Virus record (IMG/VR): IMGVR_UViG_3300045922_000127
Span: 1 to 37,995 of that record
Direction: 5' to 3' (one strand)
Source of the DNA: a virus
DNA length: 37,995 bases
Made by a program: the position numbers and the translations under genes. Within the stretch, counting starts at the first letter, position 1; each line of letters begins with the position of its first letter. The notes under the pieces were generated by a model. That model made no database searches. It had not been told where the DNA came from and saw nothing but the letters and a program-made list of their open reading frames with translations. Positions 23,713 to 34,508 of the stretch are shown one piece after another.

Positions 23713-24590
23713 GCACCGCGAAACAGCTGATCCAACAGGCCCGACGGGAGCTGCTCGCCGGGATCGTGGAAGAACGCAACAGGTTGGCGCAACCCGTCGC
23801 CTTGTCGGACACGTCGATCACGTTGGTGTCGTCGCTGAACGGGTTGAAACCCGGCGCGATGATCGAAGTCGGCACCGAGATCATGTACGTCCACGACGTG
23901 GACGAATCAGCGAAAGTCGCCTATGTGGATCGCGGCGAATGGGGGTCAGGCAAGGGCGCCCACGACGAGGACGCTGTGGTGACGATCCGCCCCCGGTTTC
24001 CGATGGTCGCGTTGTTGGATCATCTGAACGACGAGCTGGTGTCGTTGTCGGGTGAAGGGCTGTTCGCGATGCGAGCGTTGGACGTGGAGTTCACCGCCGG
24101 CGACCGGGCGGTTGATCTGGCTGGGGTGACCAGGTTCATCTCCGTCTACGAGGTTCGAGCGAAACGCACCGACACCGACTGGCCGTTGATCCGCCGGTGG
24201 CGTGTGGCGTCGTTGCAGAACCCTGGTTCGTTCCCCACCGGCAGAGCCCTCATCTTGGATCAGGATGTGGGGACGCGCACGCTGCGGGTCCTGTACCGCT
24301 CAGAGTTCTCCCCCGTGTCCGACTGGGACGCGGATGTGCCGTTGGTGTCAGGTATCCCTGATTCGGCGCAGGACATTGTGCGGATGGGCATCCAGATTCG
24401 GGCCATGTCCGGTCGGGAAGCGAAACGCACGTTCCTCGAATCGCAGGGTGACACCCGCCGCCCTGATGAGGTTCGTGAAGGCGCGTCGATCAACAGCTGG
24501 CGGGGGTTGGTGGCGCTCCGACAGCAGCGCATCGCAGTCGAGGCTGCGAAGCTGAACGCGAAATACCCGCAGATGATCCGGAAGGTGTGA
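23709..24590 (+). CDS. putative head-tail adaptor or tail protein (293 aa)
   Basis: The GTG overlaps the GT stop (GTGA). The call rests on gene order. It contains an E.M.V...V.RG..GS...H..DAVV block similar to one in the fibre gene. Confidence 0.45.
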   Translation: MSTAKQLIQQARRELLAGIVEERNRLAQPVALSDTSITLVSSLNGLKPGAMIEVGTEIMYVHDVDESAKVAYVDRGEWGSGKGAHDEDAVVTIRPRFPMVALLDHLNDELVSLSGEGLFAMRALDVEFTAGDRAVDLAGVTRFISVYEVRAKRTDTDWPLIRRWRVASLQNPGSFPTGRALILDQDVGTRTLRVLYRSEFSPVSDWDADVPLVSGIPDSAQDIVRMGIQIRAMSGREAKRTFLESQGDTRRPDEVREGASINSWRGLVALRQQRIAVEAAKLNAKYPQMIRKV

Positions 24591-24594
24591 CCGG

Positions 24595-26439
24595 ATGGTT
24601 GCCACCCTGTCCGACCCGCTGTTCTCACCGGCACCAGCGTTGTATTCGGGTGCTGGTGACAGCGCGGTGCAGGTTCCGTGGGTGTACGACGTGGCGATCA
24701 ACGGTCGCCCGTACATGATCGACCGCAAATCCGACCAGTTCCAACGCGGTTGGGAGGCGCGCATCCGTGACAGTGTGGACATGGGTGCGCTGCCGGGTGA
24801 GGCGACGATCAACCCGCAGGGGATGTGGCGGCGTTCCCAAGCGACGTGGCATCTCGGGGCGGGCCAGGAATGGGCGGACGGGTTCGAGGCTCAACCAGGC
24901 CGGTTCTGGCGGTCAGTTGGGGTGGACGTTTGGACCCGCAACCAGCTGTCGCTGCTGCCGTCCACCACACAGCTGGTTGCGTCGTCCGCGACCACCATGC
25001 ATCTCATCTCGGATGGGGTGCGCCTGTATGTGTCGCACGGCCAAACCACCGTGTTCTACACCACCACCCTGTCGGGTGCCGGCACGGCGATCACGGGGAC
25101 ACCAGCGGCGGATGTGACGTCGGTTGCGACGAACGGGTACACAACGTGGTTGGCGTGCGGCACCGCCGGGGTGTATCGGGTGAACCGTGGCGGGACCGCC
25201 GCCACACAAGCAATCAACGGGACCGTCACCACCATCGGGTTCGCACGGAACAGGCTGCTCGGCGCACAAGGCGCATCCCTCTACGATCTCACCGCTGTCG
25301 CCTACGGGACAGGTGGCGCGTTGCCGACAGCGTTGTTCACGCACGCCAACACCGATTTCGTGTGGGTCGGGTTTTGCGCGGGGCCGGCGCATATCTTCGC
25401 CGCCGGGTATTCGGGGCAACGGTCGATCATCTACCGCATCACGATCACCGCTGAAGGTTCGTCGCTGACCGCCCCAACCGCCGCGTTGGAGCTGCCGATC
25501 GGTGAGAAGGTGCAGTCGATCAGCGAGTTCCCTGGCGGGTTCGTGTTGATCGGCACCAACAAGGGTGTCCGGTTGGCGGTCGCGAACTCTGATGGTGCGT
25601 TGACGGTTGGTGCGGTGATCCCGGTTGGGTCGGTGTCTGCGGCGGTCGCTGAGGACAGGTTCATGTGGTTCGGGTGGGCCGGTCACACGTCGGGGTCGGC
25701 GGGTGTCGGCAGGGTGGATGTGTCGCAGCTGACGGCGGCGTTGACACCGGCGTATGCGTCGGATGTGTTCGCGCAGGATGTGTCGGGGGCGGTGCTGTCA
25801 GTGGCCCGCCACAACGGGCGCACCCTGTTCGCCGTGGCAACATCCGGTGTGTGGGTGGAAGCCGCCACCCCGGTTGCGGACGGCTGGCTGGACACGGGCC
25901 GTTGGACGTGGAACGTGCCCGACCCGAAAGTGTTGGCGAAGGTTGATGTGCGAACGTTCCCGGTGCCGGCGCGGGATGTGGTGCGGATCATCGTGTTCCG
26001 CGACGAGGACACGGTGGGGAACGATTGCGGCTGCACGCAGGGTGCGGGGTCTGTGTCGTTGACGTTCAACCCGCAGCAAACACAGTTCGTGCAGGCAGGT
26101 GTTCGGGTCAAGCTGTTCGCTGACGGGTCGGTGTCGCCTGTGGTGACGCGTGTGAACCTGCGGGCGTTCGTTGCGCCTCGCCGGTCGCGTGTCATTCGGG
26201 TGCCGATCTTGTTGCACGACAGGTTGGAAGTCGAACACGGTGACGTTCACTGCGAACCCCAGAAAGAGCTGGTGCTGTTGGAGGAGCTCGTCCAGTCGGT
26301 TCGTGTGGTGCTGTACCGTGAAGGGTACGAGTCGTATCAGGTGGTTGTCGAAGATGTGCTGTGGGTTCCGTTGCATGACAGATCGTTCGATCGGCGTTGG
26401 AACGGGACAGCGGTTGTCACGATGAGAAGCGTCGAATAG
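24595..26439 (+). CDS. putative tail nozzle/tubular protein (614 aa)
   Basis: A large ORF after the adaptor-like gene. Repetitive beta-strand-rich blocks suggest a propeller. The call rests on gene order only. Confidence 0.45.
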   Translation: MVATLSDPLFSPAPALYSGAGDSAVQVPWVYDVAINGRPYMIDRKSDQFQRGWEARIRDSVDMGALPGEATINPQGMWRRSQATWHLGAGQEWADGFEAQPGRFWRSVGVDVWTRNQLSLLPSTTQLVASSATTMHLISDGVRLYVSHGQTTVFYTTTLSGAGTAITGTPAADVTSVATNGYTTWLACGTAGVYRVNRGGTAATQAINGTVTTIGFARNRLLGAQGASLYDLTAVAYGTGGALPTALFTHANTDFVWVGFCAGPAHIFAAGYSGQRSIIYRITITAEGSSLTAPTAALELPIGEKVQSISEFPGGFVLIGTNKGVRLAVANSDGALTVGAVIPVGSVSAAVAEDRFMWFGWAGHTSGSAGVGRVDVSQLTAALTPAYASDVFAQDVSGAVLSVARHNGRTLFAVATSGVWVEAATPVADGWLDTGRWTWNVPDPKVLAKVDVRTFPVPARDVVRIIVFRDEDTVGNDCGCTQGAGSVSLTFNPQQTQFVQAGVRVKLFADGSVSPVVTRVNLRAFVAPRRSRVIRVPILLHDRLEVEHGDVHCEPQKELVLLEELVQSVRVVLYREGYESYQVVVEDVLWVPLHDRSFDRRWNGTAVVTMRSVE

Positions 26440-26449
26440 GAGCGAGAGC

Positions 26450-27721
26450 ATGGTTGCAAGACGAGCGTTCGCTGGGGCTGCGGTCCAAACAACGATCACT
26501 GCTGGCATCAACTCGTCCGCGTTGACGATCAGCATCGCTTCTTCGACGGGTTGGCCGTCCGGAGCCGAGTTCTACTGTGTGATCGACCCTGGGTTGGCGA
26601 ACGAAGAAAAGGTGTTGGTGACCCGCACCGGGAACACGTTGTCGTGTGCGTCGACAGCGAAACGGGGTGTGGACGGCACTTCGGCGCAGGCGCATGATGC
26701 TGGTGCGGTGATCTACCCGTGTGTCGCCGCCGCCGATCTGGATGAGGCGAACGCGTTGACTTCGTTGATGACGACGCGTGGTGATCTGATCGTGCGTGGC
26801 GCGACGGTGGCGGAGCGGTTGCCGAAAGGCAGCGCAGGGTTGCCGTTGGTGGCCGGTGCGAACGACCCTGCCTACACCCAGTTGGGGACCGGCGGCATCG
26901 CCAACGGTGCGGTCACCGCCGACAAGATCGGTGCGGGTGCTGTCGTGGAAAGCAAGATCGCTGATGGTGCGGTCACGACAGGCAAGATCGCGAACGATGC
27001 TGTCGTGGAGAGCAAGCTGGCGGCTGGTGCGGTCACGGCAGGCAAGATCGCTGCTGGCGCTGTTCTTGAAAGCAAGATCGCTGATGGTGCTGTTCAGGCC
27101 AACAAGATCGGTGCGGGTGCTGTCACAGGGAACAAGATCGGTGCGGGTGCTGTGTCGTTGGTCAAGCTGGCCGACATGGGGGCGTGTTCGGTGATCGGCA
27201 GGTCAGCGAACACGATAGGTCAACCTGACCAGATATCAGCCGTGTCGAACGACACCGTTCTGCGCCGTGAATCCAACACCGTCAACTTCGGGAAAGTCAC
27301 CCCACCCATGCTGGGCGGACCCCGCGGCGGCGCGTGGCGACGGGCGGCAGCCGTCAACGTCACCTCCGGTTCCACAGGCAACAAGATCACCAGGGACACA
27401 ACCGACATCGCGTATGACGGGGTGTCAGTGTCCGGGCCGACGTTCACCATCAACTCCGGTTACGGCGGGTGGTGGGCGATCACGCTGATGGTCGAATGGT
27501 CCGCTGCGGCAGGCGCAAACGGGTTCGTTCAGATCGACGCCAACGGGTTCCTGTACCGAGCCCAATGCACCACCTCGAACGCTTCAGCGAACGCGACGGT
27601 GACAGCGGTGGTGCCGTTGGCCGCAGGCCAAACGTTCGAGTTCGCCGTGTTCCAGAACAGTGGTTCGACGATCAGCTACACGGCGAAGATGCACGCCGTC
27701 TGGTTGGGGCCGTCAGCGTGA
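26450..27721 (+). CDS. tail fibre protein (423 aa) with nine decapeptide repeats
   Basis: AGGAGCGAGAG upstream. N-terminal RGVDGTSAQAHDAGAVI block. Nine I-A-x-G-A-V-x-x-x-K units at 26897-27166. Confidence 0.65.
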   Translation: MVARRAFAGAAVQTTITAGINSSALTISIASSTGWPSGAEFYCVIDPGLANEEKVLVTRTGNTLSCASTAKRGVDGTSAQAHDAGAVIYPCVAAADLDEANALTSLMTTRGDLIVRGATVAERLPKGSAGLPLVAGANDPAYTQLGTGGIANGAVTADKIGAGAVVESKIADGAVTTGKIANDAVVESKLAAGAVTAGKIAAGAVLESKIADGAVQANKIGAGAVTGNKIGAGAVSLVKLADMGACSVIGRSANTIGQPDQISAVSNDTVLRRESNTVNFGKVTPPMLGGPRGGAWRRAAAVNVTSGSTGNKITRDTTDIAYDGVSVSGPTFTINSGYGGWWAITLMVEWSAAAGANGFVQIDANGFLYRAQCTTSNASANATVTAVVPLAAGQTFEFAVFQNSGSTISYTAKMHAVWLGPSA

Positions 27722-27855
27722 ATCGGGGTGCCGTGATAGCCAAGAAGGTGATCCTCGGTGTCGCGGCGTTCACGCTGGGTTGGGTGATCGGCGGTGTCGC
27801 GATCATCGTGTGGGCTGGTCGCGAAGTGACACGAAACATGGTGGCGGTCAGATGA
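27718..27855 (+). CDS. 45-aa single-pass membrane protein (holin-like candidate)
   Basis: The GTG overlaps the fibre stop (GTGA). Product contains VILGVAAFTLGWVIGGVAIIVWA. Its stop overlaps the endolysin ATG. Confidence 0.5.
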   Translation: MNRGAVIAKKVILGVAAFTLGWVIGGVAIIVWAGREVTRNMVAVR

Positions 27856-28673
27856 CTCGCCTGTACCTGTACGGCTATCAGGGTGGGCGGCGGTCGCTGG
27901 CGGAGATGGAGACACGCCCAGCGTGGAACCGGCTGCACCCGGAGCTGCGGCGGCGTCTGGTGGCGTTGTTCGACGCGTCGCAGGATGCCGGCCGCGAGGT
28001 CGGGTTCGGTGAAGGGTGGCGGTCATCGGCGCAGCAGGAGCAAGTGTTCCGCGCCCGCCACGTCGTGGTCGCCACGGGCGGCTGCTGCATGTGGGATGGG
28101 CGGCGGTGGGCGTTGCGGCCAGGGATGGCGCACGCTGCGCCGCCCGGTCGCTCGTTCCACGAAGAAACCGATGGCGACGGGTTCGCGTTCGCCGCTGACC
28201 TGGTAGGCGATCTCAAGTGGATGAACGCCAACGCTGAACGGTTCGGCCTGCGGCACTTCGCGAACGTGAACAACGAACCGTGGCATGTCCAGCCGATCGA
28301 GTTCCCGAACGCGCGCGCGTCGTGGCTGGGGCAGCAACCTGTTGTCTGGCAGCTACCAGGACACCCCACCCCGTCACCGCAAACGCCACCACCGCCCACT
28401 GTCACCCCGGAGGACGACATGATCTACCTGGCCCATCCGACCACGAACAATCCGAACGATCCGCGTCTCGCGATCTACGCGTGGTGCGGCGCATTCAAAG
28501 TGCATTTCGGGGATCAGGCGACGTGGCGGGCGTGGCGCACCGCTCAAGCCGCTCGAGGTGTGGTCATCCCGGCGTCCCCGCCGGTGTTCACCCGCGACCA
28601 GATGCTCACCTCGGGTGTGGTGCTACCGGAGCCGATCCCCGGCACCGACCAGTGGGGGCGGGTGATGCCATGA
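27852..28673 (+). CDS. endolysin, peptidase M15 (VanY/L-Ala-D-Glu peptidase-like) with a C-terminal domain
   Basis: GWRSSAQQ, SFHEETDGDGFAFAADL and NNEPWHVQP supply the H-D-H zinc triad. A Pro-rich linker leads to a C-terminal domain. Confidence 0.75.
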   Translation: MTRLYLYGYQGGRRSLAEMETRPAWNRLHPELRRRLVALFDASQDAGREVGFGEGWRSSAQQEQVFRARHVVVATGGCCMWDGRRWALRPGMAHAAPPGRSFHEETDGDGFAFAADLVGDLKWMNANAERFGLRHFANVNNEPWHVQPIEFPNARASWLGQQPVVWQLPGHPTPSPQTPPPPTVTPEDDMIYLAHPTTNNPNDPRLAIYAWCGAFKVHFGDQATWRAWRTAQAARGVVIPASPPVFTRDQMLTSGVVLPEPIPGTDQWGRVMP

Positions 28674-29065
28674 CGTTCCCGGCAAGCCGGATACCTGGCG
28701 TGTCAGCCCTCGCAGCGACATGCCTCATCATGTCGTGGTCGTGGTTCGACGACTCTGCGTTCCGCACCGCCCCACTGTTCCTCCACGCTCGGCAGCTTGC
28801 GCCGCTGTCGGTGTGGACGGCGGTGTGGGCAGTGTGCGCCGTCGGGTTGATGGCTGCGGCGGTCACACGAAGTGCTGTGCTGCTGCACATCTTCGGTGGG
28901 GTCGCGTGGGCGTCGTTCACCGCGCTGGTGGTTGGGGTGATGTGGACGGATCGCGTCGACAACACCGTGGACTTGTCACCGATCGCGCACGCGCTGTTCT
29001 TCTGGCTGCTCGCCGGCCCAGGTGTGCTGTTGGTGCCGCCGCTCTGGTCGAGGTGCCGGCGGTGA
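28670..29065 (+). CDS. four-TM membrane protein (131 aa), holin candidate
   Basis: ATGA overlap with the endolysin stop. Four hydrophobic segments are readable in the translation. Confidence 0.6.
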   Translation: MTFPASRIPGVSALAATCLIMSWSWFDDSAFRTAPLFLHARQLAPLSVWTAVWAVCAVGLMAAAVTRSAVLLHIFGGVAWASFTALVVGVMWTDRVDNTVDLSPIAHALFFWLLAGPGVLLVPPLWSRCRR

Positions 29066-29412
29066 ACTGGGGTGTGATCGTGCCGGCGTTGTCGGGTGCG
29101 GCGTCAGCGATCCTGGTCGCCTATCTGGCGTTGCGGTCGAAACGGGTGGAGACGGGAGCACCGGAGTCGGTGGCGGCAGGCTATTCGCGGCTGGTTGGTG
29201 ATCTGCGGGACTCCCTCGCGGAGATGCGCGCCGACCAAGCGCAGCAGCATGTGCAGATCGAGGAGCTGCGGTTGGCGTTGGAGCGTGCGATCTCCGCTGA
29301 GCAGCGGGCGCTGGAGGCGGAACGCCGGTGTATGCAGCAGATGGAAGCGATGCAGATCGAGATCGACGAGCTCCGCGCCCGTGTCGCAGAGCTGGAAGGC
29401 GGATCGTCGTGA
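29062..29412 (+). CDS. N-terminal TM plus coiled-coil protein (116 aa), lysis accessory candidate
   Basis: GTGA overlap upstream. VIVPALSGAASAILVAYLAL is followed by the heptad-rich QIEELRLALERAISAEQRALEAERR...IDELRARVAELE. Confidence 0.55.
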   Translation: MNWGVIVPALSGAASAILVAYLALRSKRVETGAPESVAAGYSRLVGDLRDSLAEMRADQAQQHVQIEELRLALERAISAEQRALEAERRCMQQMEAMQIEIDELRARVAELEGGSS

Positions 29413-29478
29413 CCTTCACCAGCACCACCAGATGGGTAGCATGAGGGACGCAACCAACCCGTTGAGAATCGAGGACCG

Positions 29479-29655
29479 ATGACCCCGCAACTGCGTCTCG
29501 CTGTCTACACAGTGTTGGCTTCGCTTTTCGCGTTGCTCACGGCGTACGGGTTCGTCACGCAAGAACAGGCGAGCCTGTGGCTTGACCTGTCGATGAACGT
29601 GGCGGCGGTGCTGGCGTTGGTGTTGGCAGCGAAACACGTTCCGAAGGTGGAGTAG
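29479..29655 (+). CDS. 58-aa two-TM membrane protein (holin-like)
   Basis: GAGGA lies 3 nt upstream of the ATG. Product MTPQLRLAVYTVLASLFALLTAYGF...MNVAAVLALVLAAKH. Below the ORF-track cutoff. Confidence 0.5.
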   Translation: MTPQLRLAVYTVLASLFALLTAYGFVTQEQASLWLDLSMNVAAVLALVLAAKHVPKVE

Positions 29656-29659
29656 CGCG

Positions 29660-31959
<2,300 letters not shown>

Positions 31960-31962
31960 CCG

Positions 31963-32307
31963 ATGGGACAGATTCGCTCACCTGAAGATTGGACCGGCAA
32001 GCAGATCGGCGGGGTGATCCTCGGGGAACCGATGTTGGTTGACGGCATGTACGTGTGGGACGGTGCGATCCCTGACGGCGACCTCGACGACGACGGGGTG
32101 CTGTATGTCACAGTCGACGAGCAGCGCACCGTCGCTGATGTGCAACCGGTGGACGCTCCTGTGGAGCTGCTGCCCGACGACATGCTCACCAAGCTTGCCG
32201 AGATGCGACCCCAACAATGGGCCGCTCCACTTGCGGAACGTCTCGCACCCGAAACAGCAACGCTCCCTGTGGACGCCCGCACCGTGCGACGCGACGCGAC
32301 GCAATGA
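31963..32307 (+). CDS. hypothetical acidic protein (114 aa)
   Basis: Track ORF. The ATG lies 3 nt after the fibre stop. Confidence 0.6.
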   Translation: MGQIRSPEDWTGKQIGGVILGEPMLVDGMYVWDGAIPDGDLDDDGVLYVTVDEQRTVADVQPVDAPVELLPDDMLTKLAEMRPQQWAAPLAERLAPETATLPVDARTVRRDATQ

Positions 32308-32314
32308 GGTCATA

Positions 32315-32380
32315 GGCCGTCCCGCTCGGCCGTTAGATGGCGGCGCGAGACCACCAGGATCGGGTGGCCTCGCCGCCATC
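32315..32380 (+). terminator. two consecutive hairpins after the 114-aa gene
   Basis: GGCCG...CGGCC at 32315-32331. GATGGCGGCG (32336-32345) pairs with CGCCGCCATC (32371-32380), enclosing CCACC...GGTGG. Confidence 0.4.
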
Positions 32381-32393
32381 GCCCCCACACCCT

Positions 32394-33368
32394 ATGCTGC
32401 CCTCTATGGGGATCACCGCCTGCCTTATCGTCCGCGACGAAATCCGCGTCATAGAACGCTGCGTCACCTCACTCGAAGGTGTCGTCGACAACATGATCGT
32501 TCACGACACCGGCTCCACCGACGGAACATGGTCATGGCTGGTTAACCAGGACTACCTGCCGTTCATCCTGCACAGCCAGCAGTGGGTCAACTTCGAGCAC
32601 AACCGCAACCTGCTCATGGAAACAGCCGCCGACGCGAACGACTGGCTGCTGCTGTTGGACGCCGACCACCAGATCGCCTGCGACCCGGACGAGTTGCGCC
32701 GCCTGCTCGCTGACACCCCCGACAACATCGACGTGTACCTGGTGCCGCACGAAACAGGGTGGCGGCACTACAACGCCCGCCTGGTGCGCGGCGACCGGGT
32801 GTGGCGCTATCAGGGTGTCACACACGAAACGCTCGTGTACGACCACGCTCGAGCGGCTCGAACCGATGTGCTGCGGATCATCGACCACGCCGACGGTGGC
32901 AGCCGCACAGACAAGCTCGAACGCGACCGCAAGCTCCTGACCGAGCATCTCGGGCAGCACCCCGACGACACGCGTGCGGTGTTCTACCTTGCTCGCACCT
33001 TCGAGGACATGGGCGACTGGGAAGCGGCGCTCATCTACTACCACCGGCGCGCGCAGATGGGCGGCTGGGAAGAGGAACGCTGGTGGGCGCAGTATCGGGC
33101 CGGGTGGATGGCGGCGTTTCTGCCTGGCGGGGTGAACACGGCGATGGAGGAGCTGATGGCCGCTCATCTTGCCCGCCCCGGTCGGGCGGAGCCGCTGGCC
33201 CGCATCATCGACTTGTGCCACATGAACGGCTGGGATCATCTCGCAGCGTTCTACACCGGCCATCTGCCGCAGCAGCCACCAGCCGAGGACATTCTGTTCG
33301 TGGAGTCCGCCGACTACCCAGCGTGTCGAGGCGTGAGCGAAAACCTCTTGACGCAACATACTGCGTAG
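32394..33368 (+). CDS. GT-A fold (family 2-like) glycosyltransferase with a C-terminal TPR-like region
   Basis: GITACLIVRDEIRVIERCVTSL...NMIVHDTGSTDGT and LLLDADH (DxD-type motif). The C-terminus has AVFYLARTFEDMGDWEAALIYYHRRAQ. Start uncertain (32394, 32406 or 32337). Confidence 0.75.
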   Translation: MLPSMGITACLIVRDEIRVIERCVTSLEGVVDNMIVHDTGSTDGTWSWLVNQDYLPFILHSQQWVNFEHNRNLLMETAADANDWLLLLDADHQIACDPDELRRLLADTPDNIDVYLVPHETGWRHYNARLVRGDRVWRYQGVTHETLVYDHARAARTDVLRIIDHADGGSRTDKLERDRKLLTEHLGQHPDDTRAVFYLARTFEDMGDWEAALIYYHRRAQMGGWEEERWWAQYRAGWMAAFLPGGVNTAMEELMAAHLARPGRAEPLARIIDLCHMNGWDHLAAFYTGHLPQQPPAEDILFVESADYPACRGVSENLLTQHTA

Positions 33369-33377
33369 CAGTAGAGT
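33348..33377 (+). promoter_or_regulatory. early promoter candidate (TTGACG-N18-TAGAGT)
   Basis: The hexamers overlap the 3' end of the GT gene. ATG 33385 lies 7 nt after the -10, implying a leaderless mRNA. Confidence 0.55.
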
Positions 33378-33384
33378 GCCTGTC

Positions 33385-33606
33385 ATGGAGTTGGGTGAAG
33401 CGCAGACGGCGCTAGCGGCACGCATCAGCCACCTGCGACGGCAAGCCGGATGGACCAACGAAGAACTCGCCGACCGCTCCGGGTTGTCGCCACGCACCAT
33501 CACCGCGCTGCAAACCCCCTACGCGAACCCCACGTTCATCACGCTGCTGGTGCTCGCAGACACGTTCGGTGTCACCCTGTCCGACCTGTTAGGAGACAAC
33601 CTGTGA
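33385..33606 (+). CDS. XRE/Cro-CI family HTH regulator (73 aa)
   Basis: LRRQAGWTNEELADRSGLSPRTITALQT ... LLVLADTFGVTLSDLL. It is the first gene of the early block. Alternative GTG start at 33376, inside the -10. Confidence 0.75.
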   Translation: MELGEAQTALAARISHLRRQAGWTNEELADRSGLSPRTITALQTPYANPTFITLLVLADTFGVTLSDLLGDNL

Positions 33607-34508
33607 CCGTCCGCACGATCCCGAAACCCGAACACGGCTCCCCCGAATGGCTGGCGGTCCGGTGGGCTGACGAGCACGGCCTGCGACGCATCCCAGCTTC
33701 CGCCGCCGCAGCGATCCACGGTGAGCACCGCTACATCAACCCCGGTGACCTCGCCCTGGAGATGCTCTCGGACAGCCCACCGCCACCAGGCGGCGAGAGC
33801 GCGGCGATGCGCCGAGGTGCGTTCCTGGAACCGTCGCTGTTGGCGTGGGCCGCAGCAGAGCTCGGCCACGACGTGTACGCACCCGACCGCATGTACGTCG
33901 CCGGACGGTTCATCGCCACCATCGACGGCATCAGCGGCGACGTGTCCGCCCCGACACTGGTGGTGGAAGCGAAAACCACCCGCGGAAACTGGACCGGGAC
34001 ACTGCCCCGCCAGTGGTATTGGCAAGGTGTCCAGCAGGCGATCTGCACCGGGCTGGATCGCATCGTGTGGGTCATCCTGGACGGCAACCTGGACCTCGCG
34101 TTGCACGAGCAGACCGTTGAGGCGTGGGAGAAACAGCACCACACCGAGAAAGCGGAGGAATGGTTGGCGGCGATCGACATGGGGATGATCCCCGCGTGGG
34201 TGGGGCTCAACGTGGAACAGCTCGCACGCCTGCATCCGCAACCGGAGGTTCCCACCGTCGAGCTGCCATCCCATCTGCATGAGGCGGTGGCGGATTGGCA
34301 GGCTGCGAACGCTCGGATGGCAGCCGACAAGAAGATCGTTGAGGACTGCAAGGTGAGGATCGCCAAGTTCCTCGCAGACGAAGGCGCGGAGGAAGCGACG
34401 ATAGACGGGGTGACCGTCGCCTCGTGGGCTCCGTACGACAGGAAGGGTTACACGGTGCCCCCGTCGCAGGGGCGGTCGCTGAAGCTGGTGAAAGGAGCCA
34501 GGCGATGA
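33603..34508 (+). CDS. YqaJ-type (lambda Exo-like, PD-(D/E)XK) recombination exonuclease
   Basis: GSPEWLAVRWADEHGLRRIPASAAAAI, ATIDGI and VVEAKT blocks. GTGA overlap upstream and ATGA overlap with RecT. Confidence 0.8.
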   Translation: MTVRTIPKPEHGSPEWLAVRWADEHGLRRIPASAAAAIHGEHRYINPGDLALEMLSDSPPPPGGESAAMRRGAFLEPSLLAWAAAELGHDVYAPDRMYVAGRFIATIDGISGDVSAPTLVVEAKTTRGNWTGTLPRQWYWQGVQQAICTGLDRIVWVILDGNLDLALHEQTVEAWEKQHHTEKAEEWLAAIDMGMIPAWVGLNVEQLARLHPQPEVPTVELPSHLHEAVADWQAANARMAADKKIVEDCKVRIAKFLADEGAEEATIDGVTVASWAPYDRKGYTVPPSQGRSLKLVKGARR

